A DNA stretch of 64,000 nucleotides from Narcine bancroftii (lineage: Eukaryota): positions 3,534,001 to 3,598,000 of the forward strand of contig NC_091480.1 of NCBI RefSeq assembly GCF_036971445.1, in the 5' to 3' direction. Made by a program: the position numbers and the translations under genes. Below the pieces are notes generated by a model, which had not been told where the DNA came from, did no database searches, and saw only the letters and a program-made list of their open reading frames with translations. Of the stretch, positions 1 through 12,061 are shown piece by piece (the first letter of the stretch is position 1; the number at the start of each line of letters is the position of its first letter).

Positions 1-59
1 AAGCCAGGAATCAATGCACTGCCTGAGGCTGAGTTACCTGCACCTTGATGGGGCCGTGG

Positions 60-1600
60 ACAAGACCTTTATCAATGTAGTGGCATTAAGTGCCCATCCT
101 TAACTGCCCATCCTTAAGTGCTCCTAAGAAGGTGGACTGAACTCTCTTCTTTACTCATTTAACGCTTCAAGAGAAGGTGCCCCCACAAAGCTGTTGGCAA
201 AAGTTGTAGGATCCAGCAGCAATACTATACCAGTGAAATATTTCCAAATGGCACGGTTGGCATAGGGTTAACACAACACCTTTACAGTGCCAGTGATTGG
301 GAAGAGACCGAGATTTGAATCCCGCGCTGTCTGTAAGGAATTTGTATGTGCTCCCCGTGTCTCTGAGGTTTTTGTCCGGGAGCTCCGGTTTCCTCCCAAA
401 TGGGGTATAAATTGGGCAGCATGGACTTGTGGGCCGAAATGGCCTGCTACCATTCTGTATGTCTAAATTTTTTAAATTGAAGATGTGCCTGACTTGGAGG
501 GAAATATGCAGGATGAGGTGACCTCCATGTATCTGCTGACCTTCTTGGTTTGGAAGGAGGCTGCCTGGCTTGTTGTGGTTGCTACACATTGGGCTGTGGT
601 GATCAGGGTGGTGGAGAGGCTGCGCTTGGCCAGAGAAGTGTTGAGTCATGCCACTGAATATCAAGAGTAGATGTTCAGAGTCACTCCTGCTGGGAGTGGA
701 CATTGTCTGGCATTTTTGTGCCTCAAATGTTACCTGTCATGTATGAACCTGTGCCTGGCTGTTGTGTGGGCTACCTCAGACCAGTTTACCATGGCTCCTT
801 TATCAGATGTTGCCAGGGAAGCCCCTCTCACCTCCCTTCTGGGAATCTGCCCTCTGATGAGATCTGGAACCGTGCACCTGGAGAAACCCAACCTGAACAA
901 CAGTGGACATGGATATCCATCAGGTTGCAGATGATAGAAATGAGACGAATTGAATCTGTCCAGCTTTCACACTGCTATACAACAGGATATACTTGCACAA
1001 CTGTCCACACTGTTGGGTAAATGCCAGTGCTGAGACTCTTCTGGAACTGTTTGGTTAGAGGTACAGCTCAGTCTAGAGTGAAACATGAAAGTCTGCAGAC
1101 GCTGTGATTGTTGTAAAAACACAGAGATACTGGAAGAACTCGGCAGGTCTCTCAGCATCCATAAGAGGTAAAAATATTTTCTCAACACTTCAAGCACTGT
1201 CTGATTTTTCCATACCTTGAGGAAGGGCTCAGGCCTGAAAGGTCAGTAATATTTATTTACCTCCTATGGATGCTGAGAGACCTGTTGAGTTCCTACAACA
1301 TCTGTGTCTTTACAGTTTGGTCTGGAGCAACCTGGGATGTTGTCTGATCCCAGGGCCTTTGTTGCTTTCACTGCTTTTATTTGGCTCCTGATCCCTCGTG
1401 GAATGAATTGGATGGGCTGGAGACTGGGATCTGTGATGGAGGGGTCTGAGGAGGACGGATCACTTTTTCTGAGTTGCTTGCTGGTGAAGAAGAGAGTCCA
1501 TAACACCTCACAGAGCCCAGACCCTATGCCAGTCAGCATGACAGGAGGGTGTCCTCCGTGTAATGACGGCACTGTGAGCTATTTCCAGCAATATTTGCTC
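60..1600 (-). mobile_element. Degraded LINE RT remnant, interrupted by SINE and Penelope fragments
   Basis: Minus frame AVKATKALGSDNIP (KAxGPD motif) near 1340-1375; no intact ORF. Confidence 0.55.
251..478 (+). mobile_element. tRNA-derived SINE (V-SINE/HE1-like)
   Basis: A/B-box-like head and core gtctgtaagga-tttgta...ccccgtgtct; recurs at 2214, 4324, 31218, 31500, 55775. Confidence 0.75.
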
Positions 1601-4323
1601 CTATTCTCCTGAGCCTTGCTAACCCACAGCAACTAGCTCTCCTCCTCTGCATTTGTTAGTAACCCAGGATGATTGTCCCTTCTCAGTGCAAATCCAGAGC
1701 CAGGCCTTAGCTCCATTAAAGCTGTAGCTTTAAACTTCTGCAGTGAGGCTGAAATTTTCTACAAATAGACAACTGCTGCCCCCTCCTGGCCATAGAGTTG
1801 GACAGCTGGGACAGTCATCAAGTGACAGAGAATGGAAACAGGCCATTCAGCCCAATCAATCATCCATGCTGACCAGTGAGCATTCTTCTGTATTAATCCC
1901 ATCTCTAAGCACTGCTCTATAACCCTCTGTGCCTTAATGATTCAAGTGTTCATCTGGACACCTACCACTCTTTCCAACAGTGTGTTCCAGGTACCATCTC
2001 TCTGGCTGAAGAATGTCCCTTTCAGGTCCCCTCTGAATCATACACCCTTATCTGAAACCCACGTCCTCTCAATTTCTCAGCCACTTTTGGGGAAAGGTTT
2101 CCTGCAGAATACCCTATTAAAGCCTCTCATAAATTTTATACCCCTCAATTATGTCACACGGACTAGAAGGGCTGATGGGGCCTGTTTCTGTGCTGTCGTG
2201 TTCTATAGTTCTACAGTTAGTGCAGTGGTTTGCTCAGTGCTATTACAATGTCCAGGTTTGAATCCAGCGTTGACTGTAAGGAGTTTATACGCTCTCCCCA
2301 GTGACTGTGTGGGTTTCCTCTGGGTGTTCCAGTTTCCAATTCTTTATCTCCTCTGCTCTCGGGAGAACAGGACCAGCTTTTTCACTTTCCTCAGAACTGA
2401 ACTGCACTATCCCAGGCAACATCCTGGTGAATCTCCTCTCCACCCCATCAGTGCTCCCACATCCTTCCCACAGTGCAATGACTAGAACTGCATGCAGTAC
2501 TCCAGTTGAGGTCTGACCAAAGCTTTATAAAGTTAGAAATCCAAAATCCAGACTAATGAAAGCCAGAATCCCTCAAGCCTTCCTTACCACATTATCTACC
2601 TGTATTTCTACTTTCAAGGATGTACTCCAAGGTCTCACTGTTCCTCAATACTCTCTTTCGTATTTCCAAAATACATCATCTTTGTTGGATTAAATTCCAC
2701 TTCCATTTTCACTTAGAGGAAAACTTACTGACTATGCCTCCCCCATCGACAGATAAGGTATTCACATATTACAAACAGCAAGGATTCCAGTACTGATTCC
2801 TGTGAGCTACCTCTTGTCATGAGCATCCCACCACCACCATCACCACCCATTGTCTCCTAGTGCCAAACCAGATTCAGTTTGCTACATTGCCCTGGATCTC
2901 ATGGGCCCTAACATTTTGAACAATGTTGGGCCTTATCAAAGGCCTCGCTGAAGTCTATGCAAAACCGTATCTACTGTCCTGCCTCAATGATACATTTTGT
3001 CACCTCTTCAAAGAATTCAAACAGCCTGTTCAGATAAGAGTGACACTGTCTGACTGATTAGTCCCTATTTTGCCAACTGATCATTAATGCCCTCCCTCAG
3101 ATTCTTTTCCAGCATTAGCCCTTTCACTGCTGTTGGGTTCACATGTTGAACATGACCAGACTTATCTCTGCTGCTTTCCTTGAAACGGGGGCCAGGTTTA
3201 CTGACCTCCAGTCACCTGTTACTTCACTTCTGAGCAGCAAACATTCAAAAATCTCAGCCAGAGCCCCAGCAAAAGCTCTTCCTTCACCTCCATAGAGGCT
3301 TGGGTCAAATCTCATCTGGTCCCAAGGGTTTATCCACCAGGATTAAACACCCATTTTATTATGTAGACAAACCCTAGTGATATCAACTTTCATTGAATAC
3401 ACAATCACATTCCCAGAAAATTCCCCAAGGAATGAAGCTTAAACATCAAAATAAGAAGCAGTCTTTCCCTCCTCTTATTGAAGAACTTTCTCCAAACCCA
3501 AAGTGTGCTATGGGTCCCAGCACATTAATGTCACATAAGAGCAAAACAATGAGATTATATTTTGACATAAACTGCATCTGACCATTCAGCACAGAACAGA
3601 TGTTAAAGGTTTGCATTTGTTGTTAAGTTGGTCCATAATGTGTTTGACTGCACAATGAGTAGTCACAAGCCTCACCTTTCACTTTAGAGAAACAAGGCCC
3701 TTCGGCCCATTATATAAATTCCATTTCCCTGCATTTGTCCTATATCCCTAGAAACCGTTCCTATCCAAGTATCTGACTAAATGTCTTTAAAATGTTGTAA
3801 TTGTACCCACATCTACCACTTCCTCTAGCATCTCGTTCTGCCCTGTGTGAAAAATATTGCCATTCAGATCCCTTTTAAATCTTCCCTGTCCCCTCATCTT
3901 AAATCTATGTCCTCTGATTTTAGAGTCCTCTATCCTGGGCCACAGACTTTTGACCATCTACCCACCCCTTGTCCAACATAATTTTATAAACTTCCCAAAG
4001 ATCATCCATCAGCCTCATTCACTCCAGGTAAAGCCTTTCCCATCTCTCCTGATTAACTGCACACACTATACTCCAAAGTGCGGCCTCACCAACATTTTGT
4101 ATCACCATAGCGTAACATCCCTGCTCTTGTACTCAATCTCCTGACTAATGAAGGGAAGTGGCCCAAATACTTTCTTCACCACCATGTCTCCCTGTATCCC
4201 TATACTTGTCTCACTTTTTAACAACACTCCCAAGGCCCAGCTATTTCCCTACAAAACTGTGTCAGTCCTGCCCTGGTTTAACTTTCTAAAATGCATCGTT
4301 TTGCACTTGTCCAAGTTACGGAA

Positions 4324-4570
4324 TGGTTGGCATAGTGGTTAATGCAACGCCTTTACTCCGCCAGCGATCAAGACTGGACTGGGTTTCAAATCCTGCCCTG
4401 TCTGTAAGGAGCTTTTATTGTCCTCCCCATATCTGCATGGGTTTTCTCTGGGGGCTCCAGTTTCCTCCCACCATTCAACAACATACCAGGGTATACGTTA
4501 ATAGGGTGCAAATTGGGCAGTACAGACTCGTGAACTGAAATGGCCTGTTATTGTGCTGAATGTCTAAATG
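4324..4570 (+). mobile_element. tRNA-derived SINE copy inserted in CR1
   Basis: Same family as 251-478. Confidence 0.75.
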
Positions 4571-5620
4571 GTTCTTGAAATAAATATAGATCTTAAAATT
4601 TTAAACCCCATCTATCATTCCTTGGTCCATTTTCCCAGTTTAAATTTAAATTTGAACCCGCTACCAGTTGCTGGCGTTGTATGCCGCCCACATCGTGTTG
4701 TAACTCGTGACAACCTTCTTCGGTGATCAGCATTACCATAGATTCTGGGTGGAATGCCAGTTCCCACTGATACTGAGACAGTAAGATGGTGATGGGTTCT
4801 CGTCAATGGCACTGATAGAGTCATGGAGTCTTACAGGATGGAAACTAGCCCACAGGTTCAGCATGCCCAATGCCTATCAAGTTGCCAAAATTAGACCCAG
4901 ACCACTCCCATCCATGGAGCTCTCCATATGTTTCTTCAAGGAAGCTAACATATCTGCCTCCGCCACTGTCTGGCAGCTCATTCCATGTGCCACCAGTCTC
5001 TGAGTGAAAAATAGTCCCCTCACCTCCCTTCTAAATCTCACCACTTCAACTAAAAGTTATGCCCTCTCATTTTAGATTCTCCCACTCAAGGAAACTGATG
5101 GTCACTTTCACCTTCTCAATGCCCATCATGATTTTATTGACCTGAATAAGATCCCCTCTCAACCTTGAAGGAAAACAGGCTAGTGTTTACCAGTCTCTCA
5201 ACTATAACTCAACTTCCTTAATCCTGGGAAAAACTCTGTAACCTTTTCTGTCTCCTTTCCAATTTTATAACATCCAACCTTGGCAACCAAATCTGCACAC
5301 AATATTCCAAGTGTGGCCTCACCAATGTCCTGTATAACTTCATCATGTATTCCTGCACCCTGAGGTCCTTCTGCTCTATAACACTCCTTAGGGGACTACT
5401 GTTAACAGAACAAGTCCTGCCCTAATTTGATTTACCCAAATCCACACCTCACACTTCTGTGTGTTAAACTGTATCAGCCATTCCTTAGCCTATCATCCCA
5501 TCTAGACCAGATCCTGTTGCAACACAGGTACTTCCTTGATCACCATAGCACATATTTTCAAGTCATCTGCAAACCTACTCACCTTGCCACAAACGTCCTT
5601 GTCCAAATCATTTATGTATA

Positions 5621-5850
5621 CAGGTAGCCCTCAACTTGCGACCCTCATGAGTTATGTCCACCTGCACATATGACCAAAATTTTTAAAAAATATTGATCTA
5701 TGCTGAGATTCTTCATTAAAGGTTCATTTGTTGGATTTTTTTTGAAAAATTGCTTTAATACCTCGTTAAGACATGCAAATCCAACACAACCAATCCGAGT
5801 TATGACCAATCCTTCAGTCCCAATTTTGGTCATAAGTTGAGGACTACCTG
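5621..5850. mobile_element. Tc1/mariner (Tigger-like) MITE
   Basis: TA-flanked; TIRs caggtagccctcaacttgcgacc / ggtcataagttgaggactacctg. Confidence 0.85.
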
Positions 5851-8800
5851 TATTATAAAAATCAAGGATCCCAGTGTTACTTCCTCTGTGGGAAGACCAA
5901 TTCATTGTAACTGTGTGAAAGATCTTGTGGCTTCCACCACGGAGCTGGAGGGAGGGGGTGGGTGAATGGTGAATGAGAGTCTATGCCAGTCTCTGATCCC
6001 CAGCCAGAACTGAAAAGGACATACTACTTTGTGTCCAGCACTCTGCCTTCCAATCCTGTTTATTGGCTTTTCGTGCCATGAAATTATGTTTCTTTCATCG
6101 CACCAATGGCCAGGTACTGTCAGCAGGAATGTGGTGGAGGGAACATTCAGGGACAGGAGCTAGGGGTAGTGCTGAGTGCCTGGGAAATTCTCTCACACTC
6201 TGGGCTGACAGGAGGCAGTGACTGAGACTGCTCTGTGGCAAGACACAGTCAGACCCGAGGGAATTCTCAGCAACTCGATCCCACCGCCTGCAGCTGTTAA
6301 CCTCACAGCTGCTTTCATGGTTATTTGGCCAATGGTTGTTGTAAAAAGGTGGAGGGATCCCGGAGAGGAAGCCAGGCAATCTCCCAACCCAGGCTCTATA
6401 GCTCTCCTGAACACTCAATAGATTTGAATCAACGTGCCCAATGTGTGTAGGGAGTGAGCATGTAACCACTAGGCAAATCTCTGTAACACACCACATAATC
6501 AGCAAGTAGCAGTACATTTGGCAGGGACGGGAGCTCCAGAAACATGCTAGCACCCTCTCAATCCCTACCCCATGTCCAGGCCTTTCTCCAACCGCTACCA
6601 TGGAGCTGAGATCCACCATGGTGCCTGCCAGAACCTTGTGGGGAATTCTGGGTTCTGAAGAGAGTCCCTGTGCCAACCTGCCATTCAGTCGGACAACTCA
6701 GCGCCTGGCCAGGGAAACTCTCAGTGTGCAGGCCACGTCTTGGACACTGAGGCTGGAGACCTGTGCACTATGGGCCCCAACTTGTCAGCAGCCTTGCAGT
6801 GGCATGGCCTGCAGGACCATCAAGCTCACAGCAGCAAGACTTGCATCAAGACTCAGCCAGGTGAGGCACAGATCCCCAACATCGTCAAGGTCTGCTGCTG
6901 GTAGTCATCATTTTCACTGCACCTCTCCTCACCACCACTGACCGTGGCCCAGAGTCAGAGGAGCTCTTACTATCAGTGGTTTATCTCTAACTATGGGGAG
7001 GGATGGGCTTTCACCTGTGCCAAAGAACCCCATCTTCAGCGTGTTTAGCTCTGAGCCTTTCAGTGGACCTTCAACAGAGATGAAAGAGAATGGAATGATC
7101 AACCACTGATTTCCAGCCAAGACTGCATTCTCCTCGTCGTTCGCTCTCCAGCTGGGCTTTGAATCTTCACAGAGCTTTGATGCATTTCACTTTCTCTGTT
7201 CATCAATAGAATCTGTGAACAGCTGACAACTCAGCCCTGAGGTCCCGTTGCCTGATAGTTTTCTTATGTTCTAATAGTGCATTCCTTTCTGACAATTCTG
7301 TGTGTGTTTCTTCTTTAAACTGTGCAGATTAGAGCATGATCCCTATTCTGGGTGTGGTAATAGAGAAAGACCAATTTCATTACATGCAGTAGCATGAAGC
7401 TGTGACAGAATGCACTGCTAATGGTCTGCATCTCCAGAAAGATTATTTTATTCTAACACTGTTTGTCATTCTTTGGTCTATAATTTATTTGTGCTGCTAT
7501 GGTATCCCAAACCCCATGGGCTCATATTTTATATAACAACCTTTGATGAGTACCTTCTCAAAATCCAGAGATCCTCTATCTACTCCACTCTGCTCAGTAG
7601 ATCCTCAAAACCTGCTATCAGCGATTGTCAGACTTTCTTCTCTAAATGCATCGACTCCATGCAAACATTGTGATTTTCTGAATGTCTTGTTACCAACTCC
7701 TCACTGATAAATCCAGCAATTTACCAACTGACCTCAAGTCAACATCTCTGCATTTTCCCTCCTTTCTTCAACAGTGATACAACATTTCGAACTCCCAATC
7801 TGCTGTCACCCTTCTGGAATAATGGAGGTCATCACTATTGCACCGTTGCATGGACAGCCAGCTGTTCTGGGAACTGGAGTTGCAGGGTATCAGGTCCAGG
7901 GGATGTCAGCTTTTAACAGAAACACAGAAACGAGGTGGAGAAGAGTTCATTCAGCCTTATAATCCTGCTCTACCTTTGGAAAATCATCCAAATTTGGTTT
8001 CTTGTGACCATGAGTAGTATTCTCACTCATTTCCAAGACCCATTCAACCATGACTCCTCTCCTCCTTTGCTACACTTACTGTGCTTCCTGGAGTGCAGTT
8101 TGCTCTATCTGGTTCGTGCTTTGACCTCCTGCTTTGTACTGTCTCTCTGACAATTGTGCATTCCCACCTTGCCTGGAGTAAGGAGATCAATACTGGAATA
8201 AACACACCAAAATGCAGAAGGAACTCAGCGTCTCTAGGAGGCTAAGATATATTGCCAAGGTTTCGGGCCTGACCCCTTCTTCAGGGGTGAGTTCACCAAT
8301 GCACCAGGTAATTGAAGCATACCTTCACTACTTTTGTCTTCAAGTCCCTAACAATACACAATCACATTGTGTAAGCCTGCCAAATAGCCTTCTAACTATC
8401 TGCAAATTGTGTACCAGGATGCCCTATCCCTCTGCATCTCAATCTCTCACCACTTAGATAATAGTTTAATTTTCTTCACCATCTCCTACATTACACCTGT
8501 TTGCCTGATTCTTGTCCACTCACTTACACTAGCAACACATCTTACTTTAACTTCCGGAAGCACCAATGTGTAACAGTGCTGTTCTTTATATTGGTGTGTG
8601 TGGGTGCATTCACTCTGCTTCACTTTCCACTCTTTCTGTCTGACCCACTATTCAAGCCCTTTTTTTCCCAGACCTCCAATATCTGTGCAATATTTATGGT
8701 TTAATGACAGTGGCATGGGGTCAGAAACATGAGGATCTGATGAGAGAATGAAACAGCCTCTCAGACTTATACAGCCCTTAGACCCACCTCATCGACGCTG

Positions 8801-10645
8801 GCCATTTTGGTCATCTACATTAATGCCATTTGCCTGCTTTAGATCCATCGATACATTGCCCCTTAAACAGAGTGATTGTACCTGACCACTGTCAGCAATA
8901 TATCCACAGCCACCTCCACCTTCTGGACAGACCTTGGGTTACCAAGTGTACAGTACACAGAAACAGTGTTTCATATGGAGCTAACAGTTCCAAGAAACCT
9001 AGCAGTAACCAGGGTCCGAGGAAGTGTTTCCCGCACATGGTTGTACTGATTTCTAGTCTGTTCAGGTATGAGCAAGGGCTTCCTGCACATGGATGTACTG
9101 GTTCAGGTATGAGCAAGGGTGGGGGGGGCGTGACCATGTAAAGGACCTAGACAGACGTTTTGGTTGAGCTCTCCTTGAAGAGTGCAAAATAGATATTTAA
9201 AAGTTGAAAATCAAGATTTTCTTCATCAAAAATGGATACAGCCAGCACAAAGAAGCCAATGCAGCCAAGGACAAAGACTAATGAAGCTCCTCTTCAACTG
9301 GGAACTTCGGGTGAAAGTCCGAATGGGAGCGGTGCAAAAATGGCGACAAGACCAGCAGAACCAGGTAAAACTGGGGAGTCGGGTCAAGAGCTGAGCATCA
9401 TCCTGGAAAAAACGGAGAATTTGGATAAATGATTCGTAAGTGTTAAAATGGATAAAATGACCAAAAGAACAAAAGATATTGCTGATGATCTGATGGAGAG
9501 AATGGATTGAGCAGAAGACGAATTGATGAAAACGCATGAAAAACTTGAGGATTTGGGGTGAAAAAAAGGCAAAGAATGGGAGTCAATAAACAAAGACAGC
9601 TGGACAAAATTGATCTTATGGAGAACTTCAGTTGACAGAACAATGTCCGAATTATTGGATTAAAAGAAGGAATCAAGCGAAGAGACTCGGTGAACTTTTT
9701 TCAAAAGTGGATTCCACAAGTGTTGGGAGAAGACAAATTTGGAGAAAAACTACACATCAAGAGAGATCACCAAACACTCGGATCCAGAAAAGCCGGAGAT
9801 CAAAGCTATCGAGAATGGGAGATAATTCTGGAAACAGCATTTGACTATTCTAAGCAGAACAATGGCTCACCCAAGGTTGGTCATGAAAAGATACTTTTAT
9901 TTCAAGACTTTAGCCTGACCTTAATTAAACAAAGAAAATAATTTGATGATGTGAAAAGTCAGTTACATGCTAAAAACTTGAAATATTTAATGATATACCC
10001 TGCAACTTTGAGGGTCAAGTAGTAGTAGGGAACCGGTTATTTTTCAAGACCAAGAACGAGGTGGAAGATTTTCTGCAAAGTTTGTAAAAAAAAATTGAGG
10101 TTGCCAAAGGAGAAGATCGAGAAAATATTTAAAATGGAACTAAGTAAAAGTAGTAAAGGTTGTATTTTTTTTATTTTTGCTAAACCGTCTTAATAGAAGA
10201 GACATTAATGGATCAAGCTGGAAGATTTGTAATGGGACATTGTAAAATTTCTGCAGAATCATGGATGCTTATGAAAATTTATGCCCCATACTATGACAAT
10301 GAAGTCTTTATGAAGGATATCATTTTAAAAACTGCAGGGGGAAGACAAAATATATCGATTGGAGGAGATTTCAATTTTTGTTTAGATCCAATATTGGACA
10401 AATCAGTAAGAACAATAACAAGGGCGAAAGCTGCAAAAAATAACATGAAGGATTTAAATTTAACTGATATATGGAGGCAGCTCAACCCCTTAGAAAGAGA
10501 CTATTCATTCCATTCAAAGGAACATGACTCACATTCAAGGATTGACCTATTTTTAATGTCTGCTCAGTTACAAAGTAGAGTGGTAAAAATTGAGTTTGTG
10601 GCAAGATTTTGTCAGACCAGTTAATGTTAATATTAACTATTATGA

Positions 10646-11012
10646 CAGTGATTCCCAACCATTTACTTTCCACTCACAGACCACTTAAGTATTCCCTATG
10701 CCATCAGTGCTCTGTGATTAGTAAGGGATTGCTTAAGGTGGCATGTGAGTAGGAAGGGAAGGTTGAGAATCACTGCTCTAGACCCAATTATTACTGAAAT
10801 ATTTTGCTTGAAAAAAATTGTCATTGACCCATTTCCTTTGGAGTTCTGAAACTGTGCGCATAACGAATCAATTTGGAATGATTAAAACAGTGGTTTTCAA
10901 ACTTTTTCTTTCCACCCACGTTAAGCAATCCCTTTTTAATCACAGAACACTTATGGCATAGGGAATACTTAAGGTGGTATGTGAGTGGAAAGTAAAAGGT
11001 TGGGAACCACTG
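10646..11012. mobile_element. hAT-type MITE nested in L1
   Basis: TIRs cagtgattcccaacc / ggttgggaaccactg; 8-bp flanks tattatga / tattacaa. Confidence 0.8.
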
Positions 11013-11653
11013 TATTACAATAATGGAAAAGCAAGAAAGTATGCATAGATGGAGTCTTAATGCTACATTACTGAAGAGGAAGGATTTTTGTGAATTTATT
11101 AAAGAGACAGATAGAAATATTTTGTGAAAACAATCTTCCTTCTACTGACAACAGTTTTCTAATATGGGATACACTTAAATCTTACTAGAGGGGAAAAAAT
11201 ATTTCTTATTCTAAAAATCTTGAGAGAATATGCAAGAGAATTAGAACATTTAGAGAAGGATGAAACAAAATTGGAAAAGGAATATCAGATATCAGGAACA
11301 CAAAAAATATATAGAATATTAGAGAATAATAAGTTACCATATAATATACTACACACATATAGAACAGAAAAAGATGATCTAAAAACTAACCAAAAATATT
11401 ATGAGCTAGAAGAAAGGGCATACAAAGTGATATCTTGCGGGTAAAAGTAGAGGAAGTCATCCAGAATGATAAATACAATAGAAACAGAAATTGAGACTAT
11501 AACATACAATCAAAAAGAAATAAATAATATGTTTAGACAATACGAAATGAAACTATATAAATCACAATTAGTAGAGATGAAAATGAAATGGAAGAATTTT
11601 TAACAAATTTTGAACTTCCTAAATTAGAAGAGAGAGAAAAAGATGAGTTAGAT

Positions 11654-12061
11654 CAGTGGTTTCCAAACTGCCCCCCTAAACTCACATTCCATCTTAAGCA
11701 ATCCCTATGCCACAAGTGCTCTGTGATTAGTAAGGGATTGCTTAAGGTGGAATGAAGAGGGAAGGGAAGGCTGAGAACCATTGCTCTGGACCCAATTGTT
11801 ACTGAAATATTTTGCTTGAGAAAAATTGTCATTGGCCCATTTTGTTTGGAGTTCTGAAACCGTGCACATATTAGTGGTTTTCAAGCCTTTCCATTAGGGT
11901 TAGGGTTAAGGGTTAGAGTTAAGGGTTAAGGGTTAGGGTTAACCCTAACCCTTTTCCATTCTCATACCACCTTAAGAATCCCTTACTAATCACAGAGCAT
12001 TTATGGCATAGGGATTGCTTAAAGAGGAATGCGAGTTTGGGGGGCAGTTTGAAAACCAATG
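11654..12061. mobile_element. Second hAT-type MITE (same family) nested in L1
   Basis: TIRs cagtggtttccaaactgcccccc / ggggggcagtttgaaaaccaatg; 8-bp flanks agttagat / acttagat; internal sequence shared with 10646-11012. Confidence 0.82.
11896..11952. repeat. Interstitial telomeric-like insert (TTAGGG/TTAAGGG)n ending in an inverted CCCTAA arm
   Basis: Directly visible; flanked by TTTCCATT direct repeats. Confidence 0.9.

Larger units (their letters stand above)
1820..5880 (-). mobile_element. Cluster of degraded CR1 LINE 3' fragments with SINE and MITE insertions
   Basis: Recurrent CR1 reverse motifs (aacatcctggtgaatctcctc, tccaagtgtggcctcacc, ccttatcaaaggc). Confidence 0.75.

Noticed and set aside
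251-330. tRNA gene
   Set aside because: tRNA-like head of a multi-copy SINE; no complete cloverleaf.
6095-7230. 193-aa and 113-aa ORFs in a GC-richer stretch
   Set aside because: No recognisable domain or phase-consistent exon chain; probably old TE debris.
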